From Bdellovibrionota bacterium (lineage in GTDB: Bacteria; Bdellovibrionota_C; UBA2361; JBGSMV01), in NCBI GenBank assembly GCA_041739995.1, contig JBGSMV010000059.1, positions 64,001 to 128,000 of the forward strand: a stretch of 64,000 nucleotides of DNA, in the 5' to 3' direction. Positions 41,042-49,470 of this stretch are shown piece after piece (the stretch's first letter is position 1; the number at the start of each line of letters is the position of its first letter). The notes beneath the pieces are model-generated. The model was not told where the DNA came from. It searched no databases and saw only the letters and a list, made by a program, of their open reading frames with translations. The translations under genes were made by a program, and so were the position numbers.

Positions 41042-41281
41042 TTAAGCCTCTCGAATCTCATAATTTTCAATGATGGGATTCACTAAAAGCGTATCGCACA
41101 ATTTTGAGACCTGGGCTTTTGCCTCCTCAAATGAAGGTGCATCGACCACCATCTCGATCAACTTGCCAATTCTCACATCGTGCACCGCTGCGCTACCCGT
41201 CTCGACCAAGCTGCGCTCAACGGCTTTGCCTTGCACATCCAGCACTCCTGGCTTCAGTCGAACAAGTACTTGCACTTTCAT
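41042..41281 (-). CDS. purS: Phosphoribosylformylglycinamidine synthase subunit PurS
   Basis: LKPGVLDVQGKAV...VRIGK...LLVNPIIENY. Confidence 0.96.
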   Translation of the reverse strand: MKVQVLVRLKPGVLDVQGKAVERSLVETGSAAVHDVRIGKLIEMVVDAPSFEEAKAQVSKLCDTLLVNPIIENYEIREA

Positions 41282-41358
41282 GGCCTACCTCTTCCCCTCT
41301 TCGCTCTGTCCAAAGTCGCTGTCATTTGTCAGAGCTACTTTCCGCCCATATTACGCGG

Positions 41359-42675
41359 CTATACTTTATCGATTCCACCCTGCGCTGCAAGCGCTCGGTC
41401 GATGATAAAACCAACTTGGGCCAAATGAGCGCGCGCATCGAACATGACCTCGAGTTTTGGACGAGGAACCCTAGCTAGTACGTCCTCATCCGCCATTACC
41501 CTCTCAGCCAGAGAAGCCCCGCCCTCAGATGCTGCAAATGCATGTTTTTGCACTAGGCTATAGGCTTGCTCGCGGCTTAAGCCCGCGTCGGCCAGAGCGA
41601 GCAACAGCCCACCTGAGAATATCACTCCGTTACCGGACTCGAGATTTTTACGCATTCGCTCAGTATCGACCGTCATTCCCGCTACTACTTGGGAAAATCG
41701 CTCGAGCATAAAGTCCGCCAACTGACAGGCATCGGGCGCAATCACGCGCTCGACCGAACTGTGACTAATGTCGCGTTCATGCCAAAGCGCAACGCTCTCA
41801 GAAGATGCATTGGAATAGGAGCGCAGCAGGCGAGCGAGTCCGCAAATATTTTCGCACAAAATTGGATTGCGCTTATGCGGCATCGCAGAAGAACCTTTTT
41901 GACCGCTCCCGAAGGGTTCTTGCACCTCGGCGACTTCACTGCGTTGCAGGTGTCTAATTTCAGTGCAAAAGCGATCAAGCGAAGAACCCAGTAGAGAAAG
42001 CGCTCCAAAGAACGCCGCGTGCCTATCTCGGGCGACCACCTGAGTCGCTACTACCTCCGGACGCAATCCTAGCTTACCCAGCACGAAGCTCTCGACCTCT
42101 GGGGAAAGCGATGCATAAGTACCCACCGCGCCGCTCATTTTGCCAACGCGGATTTCATCTGATGCTGCCAACAGTCTAACTTTTGCTCGACACATCTCTG
42201 CGTACCAGCCAGCAAGCTTTAGACCAAAGGTCATCGGCTCTGCGTGCATGCCATGCGAGCGCCCAATACATAGGGTTTGGCGATGAGCTTCAATCACTGG
42301 AACCAGAGTTGCGAGAAGCTTGTCTACTCCTGCGAGAATCAAGTCGGCACTTCTGGAAAGCTGAACTGCGAATGCGGTATCGAGCAAGTCATTCGAGGTC
42401 AGCCCACGATGCATGAAGCGTGCGTCGATACCGGCCTTCTCGGAAACTGCAGTAAGAAACGCTATCACGTCATGTTTGACTTCGGCCTCGATTTCCAGAA
42501 CGCGCTTCGGATCGACCGAGCCCACTGACCGCACAGCCGCGGCGGCAGAAGCTGGAATTAAGCCAACTTTCGCCATGCCTTCGAGGGCGAGCGCTTCAAT
42601 TTCAAGCCATAGCACGAAGCGATTTGCATCACTCCAAATAGCGGACATTTCTGGTCGGGTATATCGAGGAATCAT
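41359..42675 (-). CDS. purB: Adenylosuccinate lyase
   Basis: MIPRYTRPEM start, HDVIAF and GSSAMPHKRNP signature. Confidence 0.97.
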   Translation of the reverse strand: MIPRYTRPEMSAIWSDANRFVLWLEIEALALEGMAKVGLIPASAAAAVRSVGSVDPKRVLEIEAEVKHDVIAFLTAVSEKAGIDARFMHRGLTSNDLLDTAFAVQLSRSADLILAGVDKLLATLVPVIEAHRQTLCIGRSHGMHAEPMTFGLKLAGWYAEMCRAKVRLLAASDEIRVGKMSGAVGTYASLSPEVESFVLGKLGLRPEVVATQVVARDRHAAFFGALSLLGSSLDRFCTEIRHLQRSEVAEVQEPFGSGQKGSSAMPHKRNPILCENICGLARLLRSYSNASSESVALWHERDISHSSVERVIAPDACQLADFMLERFSQVVAGMTVDTERMRKNLESGNGVIFSGGLLLALADAGLSREQAYSLVQKHAFAASEGGASLAERVMADEDVLARVPRPKLEVMFDARAHLAQVGFIIDRALAAQGGIDKV

Positions 42676-43544
42676 GCAGCTCTCCAGTCGTCGGTGCTCA
42701 TTCTCGCGGCATCTGAAACGCCCAAAGGTGAACATGCCAGCTCGGCAACGTCAAACAGAGGAGTAGCGGCATGAATCGATGCACAATGAACTCGGCCCGG
42801 AGGGCACAGTCTGGAGCTTTCGCTCAGGTAGGACCGAACCGTAGCCAAAGCCACCTCTGGGGTATTGCTGTGTTCGCTAAGATGAGCCAGCACCACCTGT
42901 CCAAGAGTGCCTTCCATCTGAGCGCCTATTAAAGCACCCGCGGCATGATTACTCAGATGCCCATGAGTCGACCTAATCCGTTCTTTAAGGTCCCAGGGAT
43001 ACTCACAAGCCTGCAAGAGTTCCTCGTCGTGGTTCGACTCCAGCACCATGGCATGTGCGCCGCTAATGTTCTCATTCACCAGCCGTGTGACACGCCCCAG
43101 GTCAGTGCAATGCACAAGCGTCAGGCCCTCGAAGTGCAGCTTAAACCCAATCGGATCGGCCGCGTCATGAGGAATGCTAAAAGTCGAGACGTCGACGCCT
43201 CCTATGGTGCACTGGCTGGTAGGACTTGAGGGTCCGGCACTGAAGGACTCCCACTTAAAAATCTTATGATTCCTAACCCCGTCCTTATAGGCTCGGTGCG
43301 TCAGATCATTCATAAATACAGGAATGCGATGACGCCGGGAAAAAACACTAAGCCCTAGCACGTGATCTGAGTGTTCGTGAGAGACTAAAATACCCGAGAT
43401 AGTCTCAGGTTCTATTTTCACCTCGGCCAGCCGCTCCTCGAGCCGCCTTGCCGACAAGCCGCAGTCAATCAGCAATCGTGTCGAACCACATTCGACAATT
43501 GTAGCGTTGGCCTTACTTCCACTGGAAAGAACAGAAAACTTCAT
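42672..43544 (-). CDS. Metallo-beta-lactamase-fold hydrolase (YycJ/WalJ-like)
   Basis: LSSGSKAN, SHEHSDH, HDAADP, LESNHD, GHLSN and HLS motifs. Confidence 0.9.
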   Translation of the reverse strand: MKFSVLSSGSKANATIVECGSTRLLIDCGLSARRLEERLAEVKIEPETISGILVSHEHSDHVLGLSVFSRRHRIPVFMNDLTHRAYKDGVRNHKIFKWESFSAGPSSPTSQCTIGGVDVSTFSIPHDAADPIGFKLHFEGLTLVHCTDLGRVTRLVNENISGAHAMVLESNHDEELLQACEYPWDLKERIRSTHGHLSNHAAGALIGAQMEGTLGQVVLAHLSEHSNTPEVALATVRSYLSESSRLCPPGRVHCASIHAATPLFDVAELACSPLGVSDAARMSTDDWRAA

Positions 43545-43660
43545 GGGAGAAAACTACGATCGCCCGCCTACAGGGGCAACGGAAAATGCAGAAGTATTTG
43601 CTCCAAAGAGAGGGCTCACCTAATGAACCTCTGAATATCCCGTGTTTCTACCTTCATGCA

Positions 43661-43759
43661 CTTTGAGGTCCTCGTGGTTTAATCAAATCTAGGCTAATTC
43701 CCAGAATTTGTTTGCACCACTAAGACCGCAAGGACCACTAAGACTTAGTCTTTCAGAGT
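43661..43759 (-). repeat. Dispersed repeat family 2, copy B
   Basis: Reverse complement ACTCTGAAAGACTAAGTCTTAGTGGT[ccttgcggtcttagtggt]GCAAACAAA..., immediately after the apbE stop. Confidence 0.75.
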
Positions 43760-43763
43760 TTCC

Positions 43764-44765
43764 CTAAATGCCGAGTTGCCTTCGGTCCAACCCAAAACGA
43801 GTGACCAATCCAGCGTCATCGATGGTTAGCGCCTCCAATCCGAGCTCAGAAAGGAAGTAAATCGCACTCTCCCGCTCCATCAGCATGGCTGAAGTCGAAA
43901 GCACTCCTGCTACTAAGCAGGACGGAGCGCACACGCTTGCTGAGGCAAAGCTGGTTTTGGGCATCCCTGTTCGGGGATTTAGAAGGTGGCAATATCTAAC
44001 GCCATCAAAAATGAATGCGCGCTGATAGTCACCGCTAGTTGCCAGAGCTGAGTCTTGCAGAAACATGACCTCAGACATGGCGTTTTCTTTACGCGGGTGA
44101 GCGATCCCTAGTCGCCAGGGGCGGCCTGAAGGATGAGTGCCGATCGTGGCAGTGTCTCCGCCAAAGTTCACAAGTGCGCTATTGACTCCGCTTTCACGCA
44201 GAAGAGAAATTGCACAATCGACGGCATACTCCTTTCCGATGCCGCCAAAGTCGATTTCCATGCCATCTACGTCAAAGCGAATGCCGTCCGATGACAGGTG
44301 CACCTTGTCCCAACCAACCAAGGGGAGAATCTCAGCAAGATTTTCCGCACTGGGAACTTGCTTCGCGGAAAAGTTCCACGCTTTTCTAAATACTCCACTG
44401 GTAACGTCAAACACCCCTTCGGAGCTCCGATGCGCCTCATCCGCTACGTTAAGAAGCCCCCTAGTTTCAGGATCTATCGCGACCGTGGCACGGAACGCCC
44501 CCGCATTTATTATCGAGAGGGCGCTGTTTGGTACATAGCGTGAATATTTCGCCTGAATTCGCAACGCCTCTGCGCGCACGCGAGAGAGAATCGTACTACA
44601 AGTCCTGTCGTTGAAATCACCGGCTACCACAACTGAGTTCTGGCACCCGAAGGCATCGAAACACAACGAAGCTAAGCGACTACGGCCGCCTTCAGCATGT
44701 GAGAGTGGAGACTGTTCGGCTGCTAAAGGCATTTCACCATGTAGATTCAGAAATTGACCTGCCAT
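43764..44765 (-). CDS. apbE: FAD:protein FMN transferase (ApbE family)
   Basis: FDVT, IDFGGIGKEYAVD, NFGGD, ATSGDYQR and HLLNPRTG motifs. Confidence 0.93.
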   Translation of the reverse strand: MAGQFLNLHGEMPLAAEQSPLSHAEGGRSRLASLCFDAFGCQNSVVVAGDFNDRTCSTILSRVRAEALRIQAKYSRYVPNSALSIINAGAFRATVAIDPETRGLLNVADEAHRSSEGVFDVTSGVFRKAWNFSAKQVPSAENLAEILPLVGWDKVHLSSDGIRFDVDGMEIDFGGIGKEYAVDCAISLLRESGVNSALVNFGGDTATIGTHPSGRPWRLGIAHPRKENAMSEVMFLQDSALATSGDYQRAFIFDGVRYCHLLNPRTGMPKTSFASASVCAPSCLVAGVLSTSAMLMERESAIYFLSELGLEALTIDDAGLVTRFGLDRRQLGI

Positions 44766-45032
44766 CGGCTACTAGGTCTCGGAGAGTAATGGAAGCATCC
44801 CCCTCTCCACGTCCACCGCAACCTGCGTGGGAAAAATCCCATTTTAAATATTTCTACGCTCGCCGACACTGCCCACGGAACAAAGCGCAGCCTTCTACCG
44901 CATCTGTCTATTCCGATTGACTCTAGCTGTGTACACCATTTTTTCAATAACACGGAGGGCGCTGAGGGCAGGTAGAAAAATCCCTCTGCCCCGTGTCCAC
45001 CGTGGCCTCCGCGTTAAGAATTCCCTCCACGA

Positions 45033-45060
45033 ACCACTAAGATTGAGTTTTTCAGAGTTT
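45033..45060 (-). repeat. Dispersed repeat family 2, partial copy C
   Basis: Reverse complement AAACTCTGAAAAACTCAATCTTAGTGGT, followed by a degenerate palindrome. Confidence 0.6.
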
Positions 45061-45109
45061 CCGTACCTTGCGGAATGAACGAGTAAACGAAGCCACAAAA
45101 ACCGGGGAA

Positions 45110-46300
45110 TTAAAAGCGCCCCGAAACACCAAAGCCCGTAAACCTTGCGTGGAAATCCGAAATATCATCGGTACCAGAACTAAACAGGGCCCAGGAATTT
45201 CTCTGTTCCATCCACTCGATTAGCGCGTCAAACGAGATGTGCTCTGAAAGGGCATACTCCAGCTTCAATCCAAGCGAAAAGCTTCCAAAGGCAGCCATGC
45301 GCTGATCGTATGTTGAAAAAGTCTCAAAGTCCGTTGGAGGATACTCCTGTCCGAAAAACTCTGCTTCGGTCTGAGTGTAGTAGCGCACTTTAGGCCGCAG
45401 CATGAACTGTTCGCCGAGAGGTTGATACCACTTCACGTCCACTGTGTGAGAGGCGACGCTCCACGAGGTCATCAAGGCGCGATAGTCGGTATGTAGCGAC
45501 GCGTCTAAAGATTCGACGAATTGGTTGTGGCGAATCACTACGCCGTATTCGTCTCTCGAGCGTGGACGGTTATCAAAAAACTTATACTGATCGGAAGTGT
45601 AGCCGTCGGCATTTTGGTAGAACAAATTAAGCTGAGCAATGCTGTTAGGAGTAAGTACCTGGGTTACTCCAGCCAGCCACGCGAAGGTTCGGCGTCGCTC
45701 AAGCAACGACTGATTATTTGTGGAGGTGATACGGTCCCACGTGGGGCTAACGCCAAAGTTCAGCGTGGTATTCTTATCTTCAGTCCACCACTGAACTTCA
45801 AGCGACGCACTATTAGAGGTCCAATCGTCCTCCCCGGAGTAGGCACCGCCGAGTGAGATCTTGTAGCGCTCAAACGACTTGCTGAGTCGCACATCTCCGA
45901 AATTTCGCTTGTCCTCGATTCCAAGGCCCGATGCGCCGCTCAACGAATCCAGATAGAAAGGAGAGGCGCCTGAGATATCATCAATTTGAAAGGTGCCTTC
46001 CAATTCCCAACTTTCCGCAAACGCCGACCGGGCCCACAGCATCGGACTCTTGACCTTAATTCGATTCTCTCCCCCGGCCTGCCAGTCGTCGTAGTAGAAG
46101 TAAGCGATCTTGGCCTCGGTGGACGACTCGGCAGATTGGGCAAGAGCAATGCCTGCTCCGGCGGAAGGAATAGCTGCCGCAACTGACAAAAGTGCGCGCA
46201 CCGATGGTGCCAGCTCTCTATTAGAACTTCGCGCTGAATCGATCGAAGAATCTCGAGAGACGGCGGAAGCGCAAGAAAATGCTTGGTTCAAGGTTGTCAT
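45110..46300 (-). CDS. DUF3570-like outer-membrane beta-barrel
   Basis: AxA signal, amphipathic beta strands, C-terminal Phe, two DxxSGAS motifs; context with DUF4266, TlpA and ApbE. Confidence 0.82.
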   Translation of the reverse strand: MTTLNQAFSCASAVSRDSSIDSARSSNRELAPSVRALLSVAAAIPSAGAGIALAQSAESSTEAKIAYFYYDDWQAGGENRIKVKSPMLWARSAFAESWELEGTFQIDDISGASPFYLDSLSGASGLGIEDKRNFGDVRLSKSFERYKISLGGAYSGEDDWTSNSASLEVQWWTEDKNTTLNFGVSPTWDRITSTNNQSLLERRRTFAWLAGVTQVLTPNSIAQLNLFYQNADGYTSDQYKFFDNRPRSRDEYGVVIRHNQFVESLDASLHTDYRALMTSWSVASHTVDVKWYQPLGEQFMLRPKVRYYTQTEAEFFGQEYPPTDFETFSTYDQRMAAFGSFSLGLKLEYALSEHISFDALIEWMEQRNSWALFSSGTDDISDFHARFTGFGVSGRF

Positions 46301-46320
46301 GATACGTGCCCCCTGCCTGC

Positions 46321-46557
46321 TCAGTTACACCCGCATCCGCCACCGCCGATACCATAACCGCCAGATGTTCCTTCTTTGGCGGCATAAACTTTCTTCGTGT
46401 AGCGGGCTTCTACTGGATCGGGGTCAAATTGCATGTGTCGGCGAGCGAGGTTCTGTTTCTCCCACGGCTGAACTGAACCAAGCGATGAGCTGGAACTACA
46501 GCCAACGCAAAGAACGGCAAGAAGCGAGAGTGCAGAAATGCGCAGCAGTAGGCTCAT
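46321..46557 (-). CDS. DUF4266-like small lipoprotein
   Basis: Lipobox CVGC, VQPWEK..LA...M and C-terminal GGGGCGCN. Confidence 0.88.
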   Translation of the reverse strand: MSLLLRISALSLLAVLCVGCSSSSSLGSVQPWEKQNLARRHMQFDPDPVEARYTKKVYAAKEGTSGGYGIGGGGCGCN

Positions 46558-46571
46558 GAGAGTGTCTCCTC

Positions 46572-46597
46572 AAAAAAGGCCCGTTCGACAACAGGGC
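46572..46597 (-). terminator. Putative intrinsic terminator/attenuator inside the redox operon
   Basis: GCCCUGUU-GUCG-AACGGGC then CUUUUUU, directly before the SD of the DUF4266 gene. Confidence 0.5.
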
Positions 46598-46610
46598 ATG
46601 AACTTATTTT

Positions 46611-47126
46611 CTAGTGTGTGGGCGATCCGAGCAAGACATCAATCTCGTGCTCAAGCGATGCCTTGTCGAAGGCTCTAAATCCTCTATGTACGCGCACGAT
46701 CTTGCCATTCTGGTCGATCAGGTACGATGTGGGCATTGTGGGAACGCGGAACGATTTCGCTGCAGCTCCTTCGGGGTCAAATAGCACTTGATATTGCGGC
46801 TTTACGCGCTTGAGGCTCTTCTCTGCTTGGCTTCGTTCGCGGTCTACAGACACGGCGATTACATCCAAGCCTCGATCCGCGTATTTTTCGACTAAGCTGT
46901 TCATCCAAGGAAGCGATTCTTGACATGGGGCACACCACGAGGCCCAGAAGTCCACATAGGTGACTCTGCCCGCGGTATAACTTAACGCGGTCGGTTCACC
47001 CTCTGTGTCGCGCAGGGTAACAATAGGAAGCGCGTCATTGGGACCGACAGCAAACGCCGGCACGCTGAGTAATGAGCTCAGTAGCAAGTGTGCAACGACC
47101 GCCAGCCCCTTAGAAACCATCTTCAT
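46611..47126 (-). CDS. TlpA/ResA-like thiol-disulfide oxidoreductase
   Basis: Signal peptide, DFWASWCAPC and MPTSYLID motifs. Confidence 0.93.
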   Translation of the reverse strand: MKMVSKGLAVVAHLLLSSLLSVPAFAVGPNDALPIVTLRDTEGEPTALSYTAGRVTYVDFWASWCAPCQESLPWMNSLVEKYADRGLDVIAVSVDRERSQAEKSLKRVKPQYQVLFDPEGAAAKSFRVPTMPTSYLIDQNGKIVRVHRGFRAFDKASLEHEIDVLLGSPTH

Positions 47127-47127
47127 C

Positions 47128-47811
47128 CTACGGCAAGTTAAATCTATTTAGATAGGCAGTGAGGTCGGCGGTCTGCTCCGTGGTCGGGACGGTAAGTCCA
47201 AACATCGTTGGTTGACTACTGAATGCACCAGCGACACGATTAAAGGTCATGCTGCGCTTGCTGGCTTCGGTGTGACAACCTTGGCAAGCCATCGCACTCC
47301 AAAGCGAACTACCTCGATTTACGTCGCCGCGAATGCCAGAAGGAATTCCAAAGCACGAAGTCTGAGAACCTTGGAAACAACCAGAAGGAGTAGGCGTAGC
47401 TCCAGGCCCTGGTGTCGGTGACGGAGTACCGCCGCCGCCAGGACCCGATGCACAAACACTCTTTCCACTACGTTGCTTCAACTTGAGTTTGGAAATCTTG
47501 TTGGACAGCTTGGCCTTCTTATCTTCGGGCGCCGTCTTCAGCTGTTTGTTAAGCTTTTTGATCAGGGCTGCATGCGGAGTAAATGTTGTACCGTTTCGCT
47601 TTAATGCGCCTGGAACCCATTTGCCATTATTTAACTGACCACAGCGAACTGCTTTTCCACTTACGGAGGTTTCGAAGAGCCGATTAGAGGGAAGCTGGAT
47701 TGCTTGAGCTTGCACTTGAGCGCTAGTCACAATACCAAAAGCAGCGACAAGACCGAACCCTATACAAAACTGCCAAAAATTCTTTCTACGAGATCCCTCT
47801 ATGAAATTCAT
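47128..47811 (-). CDS. Secreted monoheme c-type cytochrome with basic N-domain and Pro/Thr linker
   Basis: Signal ending AQA, C-terminal CQGCH...M...DLTAYL; SD GAGGAG before the ATG at 47811. Confidence 0.8.
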   Translation of the reverse strand: MNFIEGSRRKNFWQFCIGFGLVAAFGIVTSAQVQAQAIQLPSNRLFETSVSGKAVRCGQLNNGKWVPGALKRNGTTFTPHAALIKKLNKQLKTAPEDKKAKLSNKISKLKLKQRSGKSVCASGPGGGGTPSPTPGPGATPTPSGCFQGSQTSCFGIPSGIRGDVNRGSSLWSAMACQGCHTEASKRSMTFNRVAGAFSSQPTMFGLTVPTTEQTADLTAYLNRFNLP

Positions 47812-47979
47812 TTTCAAAACTCCTCTGTATCCTAAGGCTCAATCGGAACTGCCTTTCCTAAGAGGAAATGTCACCGATTCGCGCATGCACCTAACTCACT
47901 AGAGTTCCACCACAAATTGGAAGACATCGTTTGCAAAAGTGGAGAACCCAGGAAAACTCCCTGCTCAACTACAGAACAT

Positions 47980-47995
47980 TGCAAATTAGGGGCCA
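47980..47995 (-). promoter_or_regulatory. Putative sigma54 promoter of the cytochrome c-apbE operon
   Basis: TGGCCC-CTAAT-TTGCA with GG-N10-GC spacing, about 170 bp upstream of the first gene. Confidence 0.65.
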
Positions 47996-48127
47996 TAATC
48001 TGGCGGAATACTCCCTGATAGGGGATTTTGCAGAGCCCCATAGCGCAAAGCACGGAACCCCCGGGCACCGAGATTGGACTGCCGATCGAAGGCAGAGCCA
48101 CAGTAAAAAGGAATTCTCAGGTTGGAC

Positions 48128-48275
48128 TAGTGTCCCGAGTTAGGAGTTAAGAGTTCGATGAATAATTCTCGCCGAGCTCGCTGCTCTCTTTGTGAATATA
48201 CTTAATGAATTACACAATGAGTTCAGCGAGAACAGCGAGAACAATACTTAAATAAACTTCTGACTCAGCACACTA
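48128..48275 (-). mobile_element. MITE copy 3 (148 bp, inverted, 7-bp internal duplication)
   Basis: Close to the reverse complement of copy 1; its terminus coincides with the TAG stop of the acyl-CoA dehydrogenase gene. Confidence 0.88.
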
Positions 48276-49463
48276 CCGAGCTCGACCGAAAGAGAGTCGC
48301 GGAAGTTTAAGTAGCCGCTCCGCGATGATCGAACGTTGAATCTCAGAGGTGCCTGCGGCGATAGTGCGACCACGAGAGTACAGATACCTATGCATGTCGT
48401 CATGCGCGCCGTTCGGGTGGCCAAGTTCAACCGCTGCACGAATTCCGGTGAGCCGCACCGCGAACTTGCAGAGGTCTTGAAAGGATTCGCTCCACAGCAG
48501 CTTATCCATGGAACCTTCCGGTCCAGGCGATGCGCCACTTGCATATAGATCAAGATGCTCGTACGCGAGCGCTCTGACCGCAGTCGCCCGCGCCACATTT
48601 TCAGCTAGCTCCACTCGCTCCGACGTAGATAATTCTCGCTCTTTTGCCAGTAGCGATCTCAGCAACACTTCACTTTGAAGTTGGCGAGCGAATGTGAGAA
48701 CGACGCGCTCATACATAAGGGTAGACAACGCGATGCTCCAGCCCTTGCCCACTTCCCCGACCACTGATGCATCAGGTACGAATACACGGTCAAAGAAAAC
48801 TTCGTTAAATTCGCTGTCTCCCGAAATCTGCTGAAGTGGCCGCGTGCTGATACCAGGGCTCTTCATATCGATAAGTAGGTAGGTGAGGCCCTCATGCTTT
48901 GACTTCTTAGGTACCCCTTCCTCTACGCCGGGCTCGGAAGTGCGACAAAGCGCAAAACACCAATCAGCGACGTGAGCAAAGCTCGTCCAAGTCTTTTGGC
49001 CGGTGACTAAAAATCCACCGTCGGTTCGTTCCGCCTTTGTTCTGACCGCCGCCAGATCGCTACCAGCGCCAGGCTCCGAGAAACCCTGACACCACACCTC
49101 TTCGGCAGTAAGGATCTTTCGAAGGTAGCGCTCCTTCTGTTGTTTAGAGCCGTGCGCGATGAGCACAGGTCCAACCATGGTCAGCCCAAAAAGCCCTAAG
49201 AGCTGCGGCGAACTTGCCCTCACAAGCTCTTCTTGTACCACTGCCTCTTCAACAAGACTTAGTCCTCGTCCACCGAATTCTTTAGGCCAATGAACGGCCA
49301 CCCATTGTGATTGTGCTAATCGTGACTGCCAAGCACGCCCGGTCTCAACAAAGCGCTCTAGAGAAGAGTCGCCACCACCGCTCGGAACTTGTTGCTGAGA
49401 CAACCACTCGCGAAATTCCTTGCGAAGCTGATCCACTGCTGGAGAAACATTCCACCTAATCAC
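48273..49463 (-). CDS. Acyl-CoA dehydrogenase family protein
   Basis: [29 protein letters not shown] and TIAAGTSEIQR; start taken at GTG 49463, just after pgl. Confidence 0.93.
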   Translation of the reverse strand: MIRWNVSPAVDQLRKEFREWLSQQQVPSGGGDSSLERFVETGRAWQSRLAQSQWVAVHWPKEFGGRGLSLVEEAVVQEELVRASSPQLLGLFGLTMVGPVLIAHGSKQQKERYLRKILTAEEVWCQGFSEPGAGSDLAAVRTKAERTDGGFLVTGQKTWTSFAHVADWCFALCRTSEPGVEEGVPKKSKHEGLTYLLIDMKSPGISTRPLQQISGDSEFNEVFFDRVFVPDASVVGEVGKGWSIALSTLMYERVVLTFARQLQSEVLLRSLLAKERELSTSERVELAENVARATAVRALAYEHLDLYASGASPGPEGSMDKLLWSESFQDLCKFAVRLTGIRAAVELGHPNGAHDDMHRYLYSRGRTIAAGTSEIQRSIIAERLLKLPRLSFGRAR

Positions 49464-49470
49464 GGACCGA

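Noticed and set aside
39924..41281. purL missing next to purS-purQ as a pathway defect
   Set aside because: purL is often encoded elsewhere, so absence cannot be judged from one window.
44747..45098. Two small ORFs between the barrel gene and apbE
   Set aside because: They translate degenerate palindromic repeat DNA and have weak starts and no recognisable motifs.
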